Assembly: GCA_963845065.1 (NCBI GenBank)
Contig: CAWJQQ010000001.1
Span: 896,001 to 960,000, forward strand
Length of the DNA: 64,000 bases
Direction: 5' to 3'
Source of the DNA: Nitrospirota bacterium
Lineage (GTDB): Bacteria > Nitrospirota > UBA9217
Positions 48,571 through 60,628 of the stretch are shown piece after piece (the first letter of the stretch is position 1; each line of letters begins with the position of its first letter). The position numbers were made by a program, and so were the translations under genes. The notes under the pieces are model-generated. The model saw nothing but the letters and a program-made list of their open reading frames with translations, did not search any database and was not told the DNA's origin.

Positions 48571-49026
48571 CTATCGTTTCAATAGACCGGTGCCCGCCGT
48601 CATGTCGATATACTGCACGATCTGCTCTAGCTCCAATCGCCGGTCTTCAAGAGCCCAGAAAAAAAAGTCATCAACTGACTTAAAGAAGCCTACGGCCGAG
48701 CGATGCGATGCGAGGACGTCCTTAGCCGCTTTATCTCCTACGACCTGGCCTGAAGCCAACAACTGGTCCATCTGTTTTGGGAAGTCGGCGTACCAGACAG
48801 AATAGCTTTTCCCTTTCGCTTTGCTGATGCGGTCCTTGATAAGGTGCAACACGAAATGATAGAGGTCCTTCTGGTCGGACATCGTGTGTTCAGGATTAAT
48901 AAATATGGAGTGCAAGCCGATTGCCTGAGTTATTCCCGAGTAACGTCCTTTCTTGAATAGTTCCTCCAAATAGTCCTTGAGCTTTTCTGTCCTTTCAACG
49001 TTCGAGACCATAACAAGTTCGGGCAT
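48571..49026 (-). CDS. Hypothetical protein
   Basis: 151-aa ORF with GGGGAGGA RBS and globular composition. Confidence 0.6.
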   Translation of the reverse strand: MPELVMVSNVERTEKLKDYLEELFKKGRYSGITQAIGLHSIFINPEHTMSDQKDLYHFVLHLIKDRISKAKGKSYSVWYADFPKQMDQLLASGQVVGDKAAKDVLASHRSAVGFFKSVDDFFFWALEDRRLELEQIVQYIDMTAGTGLLKR

Positions 49027-49553
49027 AACAAACTTTCCTCCCCAGTAAACGCAAGTGATTGATATACTGACCATGTGATATTATACTAAGTTCATAGCAG
49101 AAGCAATATTTATTTCAATTTTGATAATGAAACCAAAACCTTCCCTTCGGCATCGCAAATAAGCTAAAAATTTTCCTGACAGCTATAGATTCGAATTTAG
49201 ACGAACAGATTCGTGGCATGGTGTCGAAGGCTGATATTCTGGTCTAGCGATTCGTGGTACTCAAGGAACCATGTCATTGACTGCCGAGGAACTGGCTTCA
49301 CATGTGGAAGAATATCAGCAGACGATCGCACTTTTCAAACATGTGTCCATTTTCAAACTGAGTTTGAAAAATATTATATTGTAAATAAAGCGTCCAGTTC
49401 ATTTTATGACAGGCTCAAAGCGAACTGAACACATATTACCGAGATAATTCCCCCCCCATTTTGAGTGAACTGCCAAACTACATCGAAGAGTTTTGTCCAC
49501 GATAGTTTACAACTTGAAAAAAGATTATAAATCGGTTAAAGTCTCCAGTACTT

Positions 49554-50783
49554 ATGGCAGAAACGAAGATAGAACCAGCAGGCTGGCGCCTCGGGCTTAC
49601 CCGTAACGTCGTTGTCCTTGGTGTTGTCAGCCTTCTGAACGATGGGGCATCCGAGATGATCTACCCGCTACTGCCGGTCTTTCTCACGTCGGTACTGGGA
49701 GCAGGTCCAGCGGCACTGGGCACGATCGAAGGCATTGCGGAAGCAACTGCATCGTTTTTTAAGTTGTATTCTGGCTATATTTCGGACAAAGTTAAGAAGC
49801 GCAAAGGCTGGATCGTGGCCGGCTATTCCCTATCGAACGTTATCAGGCCGCTCATCGCGTTTACCACATCATGGTTGCATGTCCTCATGCTCCGTTTCTC
49901 CGATCGAGTAGGGAAGGGGCTCCGGACATCGCCACGCGATGCAATCATTGCCGACTCGACACTTGCGGAATTCCGAGGCAAAGCCTACGGTTTTCATAGA
50001 GCCATGGACCACAGCGGGGCAATCATTGGACCTCTTGCCGCAACGGTTCTGCTCTTTGTTTATCACGATAACCTTAAAACAATCTTTTTGCTATCAATCA
50101 TTCCCGGGATGCTTGCTGTCGGCACGCTGTTTTTCGGACTCAAGGAAAAAACGGCAGAAGTCTCGAAATCTACCGCCCGCTCCTCGGTATTTAATTTCCG
50201 TTCTTCGATTCGTGAAATGCCGAGAGAATTTCAAAAATTTCTCATTATCATAATGGTTTTTACCCTCGGCAACTCAACCGACACGTTCTTGTTGCTTCGA
50301 GTGCAACAACTTGGCGTACCTGTCAGGTTCCTTCCCATGATCTGGGTGGTGCTCCATATTGTCAAGATGCTATCCTCGGTCCCTGGTGGAATCATCTCGG
50401 ACAAGATTGGTAGAAAGAAAGTTATTGTCACAGGATACTTTGTCTATGCTCTGGTATATGCCGGGTTCGGTGCAGCGACCCACCAGTGGCATGCATGGAC
50501 ACTCTTTGCCCTGTACGGCATTTACTTCGGTCTGACAGAAGGAGTCGAAAAAGCGTTCGTTGCGGATTTCGCTCCTATGCAGCTAAGGGGATCAGCATTC
50601 GGTCTCTATTATTTGGTTGTTGGTATCGTCTCCCTTCCAGCATCTTTATTGTTCGGATTCGTATGGCAACAGTTCGGATCTCCCGTTGCCTTTGGAATGG
50701 GCGCAAGCCTTGCCTTGCTGGCGGGTGTGATGCTTTCGACCCTGGTAGTCAGGAAGCCGGAGGAAAACGTCGCTCTTAAGTGA
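49554..50783 (+). CDS. MFS transporter
   Basis: SDKVKKRK, DRVGKGLRTSPRD, SDKIGRKK; multiple TM segments. Confidence 0.92.
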   Translation: MAETKIEPAGWRLGLTRNVVVLGVVSLLNDGASEMIYPLLPVFLTSVLGAGPAALGTIEGIAEATASFFKLYSGYISDKVKKRKGWIVAGYSLSNVIRPLIAFTTSWLHVLMLRFSDRVGKGLRTSPRDAIIADSTLAEFRGKAYGFHRAMDHSGAIIGPLAATVLLFVYHDNLKTIFLLSIIPGMLAVGTLFFGLKEKTAEVSKSTARSSVFNFRSSIREMPREFQKFLIIIMVFTLGNSTDTFLLLRVQQLGVPVRFLPMIWVVLHIVKMLSSVPGGIISDKIGRKKVIVTGYFVYALVYAGFGAATHQWHAWTLFALYGIYFGLTEGVEKAFVADFAPMQLRGSAFGLYYLVVGIVSLPASLLFGFVWQQFGSPVAFGMGASLALLAGVMLSTLVVRKPEENVALK

Positions 50784-51583
50784 GGTAGGGACAGAAACCG
50801 TTGGACGATGTTGCTTCCGAATCCCGGAAGAGGAACGTTTTTATCCCCCGGACACCGGTCTTGTGAATCAGATGGCCATCTAGAGTCAGAATCAGTTCTT
50901 CGATTGGACAGCCTGATTGAGTTACCACACCAGCGGAAACTTTTCAAGACTCGTTATTCAAAAAATAAGAAGAAGGTGATAAAACTTGCTGTGTCTCTTT
51001 CGGCATCGGCTGTTATCGTCGCATTTCATGCTCATCAATGCGGAATATCCCTTTTTTACGTTTTTCAACTTTTTTTGCTTGGGATTCCTGTCAGCACTCA
51101 TTATGCTGAATATCCAGTATTCGATCCAAAGCCTGCAAGTACATACTGTCTCATTTCCAGATTGTGCATTATTTTCTCTCTGATCTTAGCCATAAAAGGG
51201 CGTTCGTTGTTGCACAAAGTCTGTAGAACAGGCAACCTTAGGCTATCTGGCACTATTCAAGATCGAAACAGCGATCGTGCTGGTTTCAGTACGGACGTAT
51301 CTAGACGGCATCCGCTTTATGGTTCGATCATTTTATCGACAGCGAAGGGTCGCATGAATCTCCGACTTCCGTAGCCGTGGCGCTAATACTTTTAGGACGC
51401 TAAGTTAATCACTGCAGCCAAGGTAGAAGAAAACAAGGATATTAAATATTTCGTGTTTTGCACTGGGAATACATGAAGCGGACTAAGATGTTCATCCCTT
51501 TCGTGATCTGATCGGCATTTCGTATTCGGTATAACGAGGTTGAATTAGCGGTATAACCAACGTCAAAGAAAAAGAGGTGTACT

Positions 51584-52183
51584 ATGGGAACCTATATTAT
51601 AGCTGTCAGTGGAGCAAGTGGAGCGCCTTATGCACTTAGACTGCTGGAGGTGCTGATCAAAGGCAGCCACACCATATATCTTTCGATCTCGGGTGATGGT
51701 CTGTTAATTTTGAAAGATGAAACCGGTCTTATGCTCAAGGGCTCGGAGACGGACATTCAGTTTGAGATTGAGAAGCAACTTAATGCGAAAGAAGGGCAGA
51801 TCAGCTATTTCGATGAGAACAACATGTACGCGGCAATCGCGAGTGGCTCTAATAAAGTGGATGCTATGGTGGTGATTCCCTGTTCGATGAAGACACTTTC
51901 CGCAATTGCCCACGGCTATGCATCGACGTTGATCGAACGCGCGGCAGACGTAACACTCAAAGAACGACGCAAGCTCATCATTGTCCCACGCGAGACACCT
52001 CTTTCCGCCATTCATCTTAAGAATATGTTAACGCTGGCTGAGCTAGGATGCTCTATTATTCCTGCTATGCCAGCGTTTTACCATCGTCCCAAGAAGATCA
52101 CAGATATGGTTGATTTTATCGTCGGGCGCGTGCTTGATAGCATGGGGATCGAAAACGATCTGTCTCCGCGATGGGGGATGTAA
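51584..52183 (+). CDS. ubiX: Flavin prenyltransferase
   Basis: SGASG, IASGS, PCSMKTL, RAADVTLKERR, PRETP, PAFY. Confidence 0.95.
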   Translation: MGTYIIAVSGASGAPYALRLLEVLIKGSHTIYLSISGDGLLILKDETGLMLKGSETDIQFEIEKQLNAKEGQISYFDENNMYAAIASGSNKVDAMVVIPCSMKTLSAIAHGYASTLIERAADVTLKERRKLIIVPRETPLSAIHLKNMLTLAELGCSIIPAMPAFYHRPKKITDMVDFIVGRVLDSMGIENDLSPRWGM

Positions 52184-52270
52184 GACGTTTGTGCGTGACC
52201 AAAAGCCTTCTGTTACACTTCTCCCGATTCATATAGGGTTTGCCAAGGCGAACTGTTTGATTTCCTGTCC

Positions 52271-52686
52271 GCGCATTCCCCCAGCTAGGCGTAAAGCGCC
52301 AGGAGGGGGTCAAGTGGCAGCTCTGAATCTTTAATGGATTGATACGTTTACATATTCTAAAAGCATCCTAAAGAAGACATGCATTCACCCGTGTAATAGA
52401 ATGTCTATGTTAGGTCAATAAACTATGAGTCCATCAAGCGGAGTTAAATTAGAGCTTGTGCGACGAGAAACAGCAAGAGGTGCTTTTTCAATGGATAGGT
52501 TGTCAACGGTTGATATACAATGCTAAGGCCGACGAAGACCATTGTTTCCACATGTTCCGTAACCACGCTTTCGCTAAAAAGGGTATCGAGGCTGTAATAC
52601 GAAGGACAACCGGTCGGATTTGTCCGGCCCGCCTTAGAAAAATAGAGCGTAAAACGCCCCAAGCTTTAGCGGTTGCAGTGCATCAA
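52271..52686 (+). mobile_element. Internally deleted IS605-family element with tnpB stub
   Basis: Left hairpin at 52271-52314; TnpB N-term QQEVLFQWIGCQRLIYNAK; right end ..gctttagcggttgcagtgcaTCAA. Confidence 0.65.
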
Positions 52687-52721
52687 AGTGAGTGAACTGG
52701 GTCGGTTGAATAGCTCTGGGT

Positions 52722-53174
52722 TTACGCGTTGAATTCCGTGCCGCTCTCACCGAGGTTTTTCATCCATGTGTCGATCATAGTTGAATCCTGTTTTGCAATC
52801 ACGTCTTCCTCAACGAAGACAGGTGCCCCGATACGGATTGCGATGGCGATTGCGTCGCTGGGTCGGGAATCGATATGTAACTCTTTGTTGTTGTGGAGCA
52901 GATAGAGCGATGCATAGAAGGTGTTGTCGATTAGGTCGCTTATGACCACTCGGGCGATTTCAACGTCAAGGCGGTCGAACATGCTGACGATCAGGTCATG
53001 GGTGAGAGGACGGGCGGCTTTGACGTTGCTTAATGCCATAGCTATGGAATTACCCTCTGCTGCCCCAATCCAGATAGGGAGTATCTTTTTTCCCGATTCA
53101 TCCTTCAGCACGACGATGTAACTACTGTTCCGGCTATCGAAAAGAATCGTATTTACATTCATCTGGATCCACAT
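52722..53174 (-). CDS. Bifunctional nuclease family (DUF151) protein
   Basis: LPIWIG..E, RPLTHDL, DNTFYA, IDSRPSDAIA. Confidence 0.92.
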   Translation of the reverse strand: MWIQMNVNTILFDSRNSSYIVVLKDESGKKILPIWIGAAEGNSIAMALSNVKAARPLTHDLIVSMFDRLDVEIARVVISDLIDNTFYASLYLLHNNKELHIDSRPSDAIAIAIRIGAPVFVEEDVIAKQDSTMIDTWMKNLGESGTEFNA

Positions 53175-53238
53175 CGTGACGCTCCGTTTGTATAGATAAA
53201 ATACCACACCCTAAAAGGCAAGTAAAGGGATTATTTTA

Positions 53239-53266
53239 TTGACTTTTTTCAAAGATACGATATACT
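53239..53266 (+). promoter_or_regulatory. Sigma70-type promoter of argS
   Basis: TTGACT-N16-TATACT. Confidence 0.5.
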
Positions 53267-53304
53267 TTCTTGCCTGAAAACTGAGAAGGAAACGCAAATC
53301 ATTA

Positions 53305-54969
53305 ATGAAGCAAACGCTCACTGAAATCCTGCTCCAAGCCCTCAAAAGGGCTAAAGAAAAAGGCGAACTAAAGCTCGAATCACAGCCGGCAATTACGCTT
53401 GATACACCCCGGGAAAAAAGCCACGGTGATCTTGCCACGACACTTGCCATGACGCTGGTAAAATCAGAAGCTAAAGCACCGCGTAAAATCGCTGAGATCA
53501 TCGTCAACAATATTCAAGATGAAGACGGAATCATTGAGAAAACTGAAATAGCGGGCGCAGGTTTTATCAATTTCGTCCTTCGACAAGACCGCTGGAAAAA
53601 GACACTCTTCGAGATAGATGCGGCTGGCGACACCTACGGGCTTCAAGATATTGGCAAGGGTGAGAAAGTTCTTGTTGAATTCGTCAGTGCGAATCCAACA
53701 GGACCGCTCCACGTTGGCCACGGACGCGGCGCTGCGGTGGGAGATGCGCTTGCAAACTTGCTTGCGGCTGTGGGATATGATGTCTCTCGAGAGTTTTATA
53801 TAAATGATGCCGGACGGCAGGTACGCCTTCTCGCGCTGTCCGTATACGCCCGCTATCAGCAGGCGCTTGGCAACGAATTCCTCTTCCCTGAGGACGGTTA
53901 CCACGGTAGCTATATTGAGGAGATCGCCCAGGGGTTTTTGAAGTCACACGGTAACACATTTCTGAATATTCCTTTTGAGCAATGCGAACGTCAGTTCGGG
54001 GATTACAGCAAGGACGCCATGCTAGCAGATATCCGGATTGACTTGGAAGCTTTTGGTGTTCGTTTTGACAACTGGTTCAGTGAGGCTTCACTGCTTTCGG
54101 ACGGCTCGGTTCAGCAGTCCCTCGGCGAATTAATGAAGAGCCGGAACCTTTATGAGCAGGATGGGGCTTTGTGGTTTCGTTCCACTGCATACGGTGATGA
54201 TAAAGACCGGGTCGTGGTGAAAAAGGACAAGAGTTACACATATCTAGCGACGGATATCGCCTATCACCGAAACAAGATGGCCCGGGGTTTCAAAGCGCTC
54301 GTCAATATCTGGGGGGCAGACCATCACGGTTATATCCCCCGACTGCAGGCCGTGATTCAAGCCTTCGGGCATGCAAAGACTTCGCTCCGTGTCGTGCTGG
54401 TACAACTTGTGGTGATCCTGAGGCACGGTAAGCCAGCGCCCATGTCCAAACGGGCAGGGACTTTTGTGACGCTCCGAGATGTTGTTCAGGATGTTGGAAG
54501 CGATGCTGCACGATATATTTTTCTCACACGACGGTCTGACAGCCACTTGGACTTCAATCTTGATATTGCCAAGGAGCAGTCCCGGGAAAACCCGGTTTAC
54601 TACGTGCAATACGCACACGCGAGGTTGGCAAGCCTGTTCCGAGAAGCGGAAACAAGAAAGTTGACAATACCTAAAAGCGACTTAGTCGATTTGTCGCTGT
54701 TTGACCTCGAGGAAGAACATAACATCATCAAGATGCTTGCGAAATACCCAGAGGTCATCGAGGAATCCGCGCTGTCCTATGAACCACATCGGCTGACTTT
54801 TTACCTTCAGGATCTGGCTGGGCTACTGCATAATTACTATTTCAAACACCGGGTGATCACCGATGATTTGGACAGGACCGCTAACAAACTGTTTCTGATG
54901 AAGCAGGTCAAGACGGTGATCCAAAGCGCGCTCAAGATACTTGGTGTCATGGCACCGGAGAGAATGTGA
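53305..54969 (+). CDS. argS: Arginine--tRNA ligase
   Basis: EFVSANPTGPLHVGHGR, GADHHGY, MSKR, YVQYAHAR, APERM. Confidence 0.97.
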   Translation: MKQTLTEILLQALKRAKEKGELKLESQPAITLDTPREKSHGDLATTLAMTLVKSEAKAPRKIAEIIVNNIQDEDGIIEKTEIAGAGFINFVLRQDRWKKTLFEIDAAGDTYGLQDIGKGEKVLVEFVSANPTGPLHVGHGRGAAVGDALANLLAAVGYDVSREFYINDAGRQVRLLALSVYARYQQALGNEFLFPEDGYHGSYIEEIAQGFLKSHGNTFLNIPFEQCERQFGDYSKDAMLADIRIDLEAFGVRFDNWFSEASLLSDGSVQQSLGELMKSRNLYEQDGALWFRSTAYGDDKDRVVVKKDKSYTYLATDIAYHRNKMARGFKALVNIWGADHHGYIPRLQAVIQAFGHAKTSLRVVLVQLVVILRHGKPAPMSKRAGTFVTLRDVVQDVGSDAARYIFLTRRSDSHLDFNLDIAKEQSRENPVYYVQYAHARLASLFREAETRKLTIPKSDLVDLSLFDLEEEHNIIKMLAKYPEVIEESALSYEPHRLTFYLQDLAGLLHNYYFKHRVITDDLDRTANKLFLMKQVKTVIQSALKILGVMAPERM

Positions 54970-55064
54970 AGATTGCGAATTGCGAAATGCGGATGATGAA
55001 GTGTAACATCGAAAATATTAATATGTTGTTTAATTAGGAATCCACAAGTCGAAATTCGAAATAA

Positions 55065-56189
<1,125 letters not shown>

Positions 56190-56428
56190 TAACGAGGTAA
56201 GGTGGAGTACAGCGAATTGTGGATAAGCAATCAGTGTCAGGTTTTATAACAGGGAATTATATCTCCTAGTTTGCTTCGGGAACATTATGAGATGAAAACG
56301 AACAAAGCGAATTTACTCAATTTTTTCCTGTTAGAAGTTTTTTAAGATTCTACATTTTCAGTGCATTCATGTTTTCATGGTAGAAATGATTGGTTTTCTG
56401 AATTCGATTTATTTATAGGAGGAAGAAC

Positions 56429-56764
56429 ATGTTTATAGCAACAGCATATGCAATGGGAGCACCGGGAGGTTCGGCGGCCCAGGGAGGCGGGGGAGGGTTC
56501 TCAAGCCTCATCATGATGGCCGTCATTTTCGCGATTTTCTATTTCATTCTGATAAGGCCACAGCAGAAGAAGATGAAAGAACACAAAAAAATGGTCGAAG
56601 AGTTGAAAAAAGGCGACCGAATCGTTACCTCTGGCGGCATGTACGCTACGGTTGAAAACGCCACGCCTGAAACTCTGACGGTAAAGATCGCCGAAGGCGT
56701 CAAAGTGAAGATCACGCGCGGGTCTGTGGGCGCGGTGGTGAAGCCTGAGGATGAAAAAGAATAG
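56429..56764 (+). CDS. yajC: Preprotein translocase subunit YajC
   Basis: FYFILIRPQQK, GDRIVTSGG. Confidence 0.95.
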   Translation: MFIATAYAMGAPGGSAAQGGGGGFSSLIMMAVIFAIFYFILIRPQQKKMKEHKKMVEELKKGDRIVTSGGMYATVENATPETLTVKIAEGVKVKITRGSVGAVVKPEDEKE

Positions 56765-56899
56765 AGCATCGTAACCCTTTCTTACCGGAAAGGTCGCAAA
56801 AAAATGCAGGAGATATGGCATTCAGGATGCATTATCTTGCATTTTCGGCGATTTTCAAGGTAAGTATTTTGAGCTAAGGTTCAGCAGGAGGCAAGGATA

Positions 56900-58474
56900 A
56901 TGAAGAAAAGCATTCAGTGGAGACTTGCGATCATCGTATTATCGGTCCTGATCGCGCTGTTTTTATTTCTACCGTCGACGCCACTATCGCCGGAACTGCC
57001 GGAGTGGTGGCATCTAAGCGTTCCCAAGATATCGCTTGGACTTGATCTGCGGGGTGGCAGCTTCCTCATAATGCAGGTGGAAACGGACAAAGCTGTCGAA
57101 TCGTCTGTCGATAATATTGTTGCGGATCTTCAGACAACGGCTGCGGCACAGCAGCTCGCGGTCACTTTCAATAGAGCTGGCCAGGACATCATGGCAAAAT
57201 TCAGCGAAACGCTTGAAGATAAAGTGGAGAAACTTATCAAGGACAGCTACGCTATCCTCGATCTCAAGTTCCAGGACAAGGGTGAGTTGCTCTATAGCTT
57301 GAAGCCTGTAGAGGTGAGGCGATTGATAGAATCGGCGGTACAACAGGCTCTTGAGCGTACCCGTCGGAGGGTGGACAAGTACGGCGTTGCGGAACCTCAG
57401 ATCTATAAACAGGAAAACGACCAGATCGCACTCCAGCTTCCCGGTGTAAAAAATCCACAAGAGGCCATCGCCTTCATCAAGACGGCGGGCAGACTCGAGT
57501 TCAAGCTGGTTGATTCCGATTCTGATGACCTGCAGAAGGCTCTTGCCGGCAAGCCTCCGGAAGGGACCGAGATCCTTTATGAAGAGCGGGAAGATGAAAG
57601 CGGCAAGATCTCGAAACAGCCGGTCCTGGTCTACAGTAAGACGCTGTTGACCGGCGATCGCCTGAAGGAAGCCAGGGTAGGGATCGACCAGTACAATAAG
57701 CCGGCGATCTCCATTTCCTTCGACAGTGAAGGTGCCAAGATTTTCGATCGTGTCACGGGCGAGGACGTAGGTAAGCAGCTTGCGATCGTGCTTGACGGTG
57801 TAGTGCAATCGGCGCCACGAATTCAGGACCGGATCAGCGGAGGCAATGCCCAGATCACAGGGAATTTTACGAACGACGAAGCTGCGAAACTAGCCATAGT
57901 TCTGCGGGAATCGCTCCCGGCGCCGGTAAAGATTATCCAGAACATTACTGTCGGTCCGTCACTCGGCCAGGACTCTATTGAAAAAGGAGTCCATGCGGCG
58001 GTTGTCGGAGGACTTATCGTCATCCTCTTCATGGTTGTGTACTACCGCCTGTCGGGGCTCATTGCCGATTATGCCATCGTTTTGAACCTTGTCCTGCTTC
58101 TCGGAGCGATGGCGCTTTTGAACGCCACACTCACTCTGCCCGGTATTGCCGGCATCATCCTCACCATCGGTATGGGCGTGGATTCGAATGTGCTTATGTT
58201 CGAGCGCATTCGTGAGGAGGTCCGCGCAGGCAAACAGCCGCGTCCGGCTGTTGATGCCGGGTACGATAAGGCGTTTCTCACAATTCTCGATTCGCACGTG
58301 ACGACGCTCATCACTGCAGCAGTGTTGTTCATGTTCGGTACGGGACCCATTAAAGGCTTTGCCGTTTCGCTCAGCCTCGGTATTATCATCAACCTGTATT
58401 CTGCTCTGGTGGGTACGAAGGTGATATTCGACATCATCAATGCTCGGTGGAAGCTGGAGAAACTGAGTATTTAA
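56900..58474 (+). CDS. secD: Protein translocase subunit SecD
   Basis: LGLDLRGG, VGPSLG, TLPGIAG, DSNVLMFERIREE, GPIKGFA. Confidence 0.96.
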   Translation: MKKSIQWRLAIIVLSVLIALFLFLPSTPLSPELPEWWHLSVPKISLGLDLRGGSFLIMQVETDKAVESSVDNIVADLQTTAAAQQLAVTFNRAGQDIMAKFSETLEDKVEKLIKDSYAILDLKFQDKGELLYSLKPVEVRRLIESAVQQALERTRRRVDKYGVAEPQIYKQENDQIALQLPGVKNPQEAIAFIKTAGRLEFKLVDSDSDDLQKALAGKPPEGTEILYEEREDESGKISKQPVLVYSKTLLTGDRLKEARVGIDQYNKPAISISFDSEGAKIFDRVTGEDVGKQLAIVLDGVVQSAPRIQDRISGGNAQITGNFTNDEAAKLAIVLRESLPAPVKIIQNITVGPSLGQDSIEKGVHAAVVGGLIVILFMVVYYRLSGLIADYAIVLNLVLLLGAMALLNATLTLPGIAGIILTIGMGVDSNVLMFERIREEVRAGKQPRPAVDAGYDKAFLTILDSHVTTLITAAVLFMFGTGPIKGFAVSLSLGIIINLYSALVGTKVIFDIINARWKLEKLSI

Positions 58475-58604
58475 CGAAAATAACACATTACTGAAGATAG
58501 TGCAGAGAAATAAAACCAATACCTAAAGGCCAAGATTCAAAACGCAAGCTATCTCAGCGATTGTCGCGGGGAAAAAGACTTTTTGGAATACTTTGGAGGG
58601 AGCG

Positions 58605-59513
58605 ATGCTTCAAATTTTGCATAAAACCAATATCGATTTCATGGGATGGAAGAACATATCCTTTACGTTCTCCTCCCTTCTCATCATTCTCGGTCTCATA
58701 GGGGTGGTGCAGGTGGCGCGCGGTAAAGCGAACCTTGGCATCGACTTCGTGGGCGGCACCACAGTACAGCTCAGTTTCAAAGAACCTGTGGCCATTGACA
58801 AGGCCCGCGCTGCGCTCGAGAAGAGCGGCTTTCATGGATCAACAATCCAGCAGGTTGGCGAGGGTGGGAACCAAATCCTGATCAAGCTCAGGGAATCGGA
58901 AGGTGCATCGGACAAGGTCCAAACCATGTTCAAGCAGGAATTCTCGGCTAATCCCTTTGAAGTCATCAGCATCCAGGAGATTGGGCCGGTGATCGGCCAG
59001 TCGCTCCAACGGCAGGCGTTGTGGGCGATCACGATTTCTATCATCGCGATTATCATCTATATCGCTTTCAGGTTTCAATTCAAGTTCGGCGTCGCAGCAG
59101 CCATCGCGACGGTGCATGACGTTCTTGCCGTTTTCGGCATCTTCTATATTCTGCACAAGGAGATCAACCTGCTAATCGTTACGGCGCTCCTGACGCTCGC
59201 CGGCTATTCACTGACAGACACAGTCGTGGTATTCGACCGGATCAGGGAAAACCTCAAGAAGAACAGGCGCGATCCCCTTTCAAAGATGGTAAACGACAGC
59301 ATCAACGAAGTGCTTTCTAGGACTATCATTACGTCGCTTACGGTGGTGCTCGTGCTCATTCCGCTCGTATTGTTCGGCGGCGATGTTCTCCATGAATTTT
59401 CCGTCGCGCTCCTCATGGGCGTGATCGTGGGAACTTATTCATCTGTGTTCGTTGCAAGCCCGATTCTGGTGGTGTGGCATGCCAAGGCGGGCGGCAGACT
59501 CATCTCGAAATAG
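58605..59513 (+). CDS. secF: Protein translocase subunit SecF
   Basis: LGIDFVGG, GYSLTDTVVVFDRIRE, SRTIITS, GTYSS. Confidence 0.96.
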   Translation: MLQILHKTNIDFMGWKNISFTFSSLLIILGLIGVVQVARGKANLGIDFVGGTTVQLSFKEPVAIDKARAALEKSGFHGSTIQQVGEGGNQILIKLRESEGASDKVQTMFKQEFSANPFEVISIQEIGPVIGQSLQRQALWAITISIIAIIIYIAFRFQFKFGVAAAIATVHDVLAVFGIFYILHKEINLLIVTALLTLAGYSLTDTVVVFDRIRENLKKNRRDPLSKMVNDSINEVLSRTIITSLTVVLVLIPLVLFGGDVLHEFSVALLMGVIVGTYSSVFVASPILVVWHAKAGGRLISK

Positions 59514-59550
59514 ATTGGACTGTTTCTATAACTTAGATAAAAAAAATAAA

Positions 59551-59583
59551 AGGACACGAATTTCGTTCTGGAATTCGTGTCCT
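59551..59583. terminator. Hairpin downstream of secF
   Basis: aggacacgaatttc..ggaattcgtgtcct, preceded by an A run. Confidence 0.5.
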
Positions 59584-59602
59584 AATTGTCTTATACTAGT
59601 AA

Positions 59603-60295
59603 ATGACTTTGCACAATCAACCGTTACCCATTTCTTCCGTAAAAATTGCAGGTACGGATGCGAAAGTACTTTCAGACATCGACGTGTTGCAGCTGTCTTG
59701 CGGTATTTACGGCTGTACGTCCAATTGCTGCACCAAGAGCGCTCCAATCATCCTGAACCCCTATGAAATTGCACTCATCTGCCGGGAAAGCAGGAAGAGT
59801 TACGAGGATCTCCTCGATATTGTTGAAACGGACCGGGCAAATGGTTTCCCAATCGTCATGTTGCCACGTGATCCTGCTTGCTACTTTTGGACAGGGAAAG
59901 GATGTCGCATATACCAGGCGCGGCCGCTCGCGTGTAGACTGTTCCCACTCGGCAGGGTGTTCGACAGTGGCCAGTCCCACATCGTGCTGCCACCACTCAA
60001 TGTCTGCTCAGGACTTGTGTCTTCGCCTAAAAAAAACGTAGGGGATTATCTACGAGAGCAGGATACTTCCACATCTATTCAAATGGCTGACCGTTGGATC
60101 GAGTTCGTGAACGAGATAGAACTGCAGTCACTTCCCGATGTACCAGTCACTTCCATTGCATTCCATATGCTCGTGTATAGTCCTGACGCACCTCCTGCTG
60201 TGGGTCATGTTGATCCTATGTTGAACCTCGAAGATCGATTCCTCTTACGTCTGGCTACTGCACGAAAACAGCTTCCCAGTTTTTTAACTCGTTGA
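59603..60295 (+). CDS. YkgJ-family (CxxCxxCC) cysteine-cluster protein
   Basis: CGIYGCTSNCC, LNPYEI, CYFW..GCRIYQARPLACRLFP. Confidence 0.85.
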   Translation: MTLHNQPLPISSVKIAGTDAKVLSDIDVLQLSCGIYGCTSNCCTKSAPIILNPYEIALICRESRKSYEDLLDIVETDRANGFPIVMLPRDPACYFWTGKGCRIYQARPLACRLFPLGRVFDSGQSHIVLPPLNVCSGLVSSPKKNVGDYLREQDTSTSIQMADRWIEFVNEIELQSLPDVPVTSIAFHMLVYSPDAPPAVGHVDPMLNLEDRFLLRLATARKQLPSFLTR

Positions 60296-60628
60296 TTATT
60301 AATGTTCTACCGCGTAGCCATGCAAGAGCCCTAAGGCCTGGCATTCCAATGGGGTGATGCGCATTCTCTTGGTTACCAGGGGGTTCATTAACCGGCAAGT
60401 GAAAATATTCGAAGCGATTTTCGTCCCAACCGAACTCCCGCACAAGGTGTTAGAAGTTTTTGACGGGTCGGCTGGTTGAAGTGAACAGGAATTAATTACC
60501 TTTTTTTGCTGAACACTGCTTTTTCTCCCATCTCTTAACATATGTTGACATGACCATACGCAGCCTATATTATATACCAACAGCGTTTTTATAGAATCAT
60601 GTAATGAATTAATTTGTGGGGAATAGCC

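Noticed and set aside
50808..51374. 188-aa ORF
   Set aside because: No RBS or recognisable motif and atypical composition
56816..56831. Sigma54-like TGGCATTCAGGATGCA before secD
   Set aside because: Lies inside an inverted repeat within the yajC-secD operon; better explained as a hairpin
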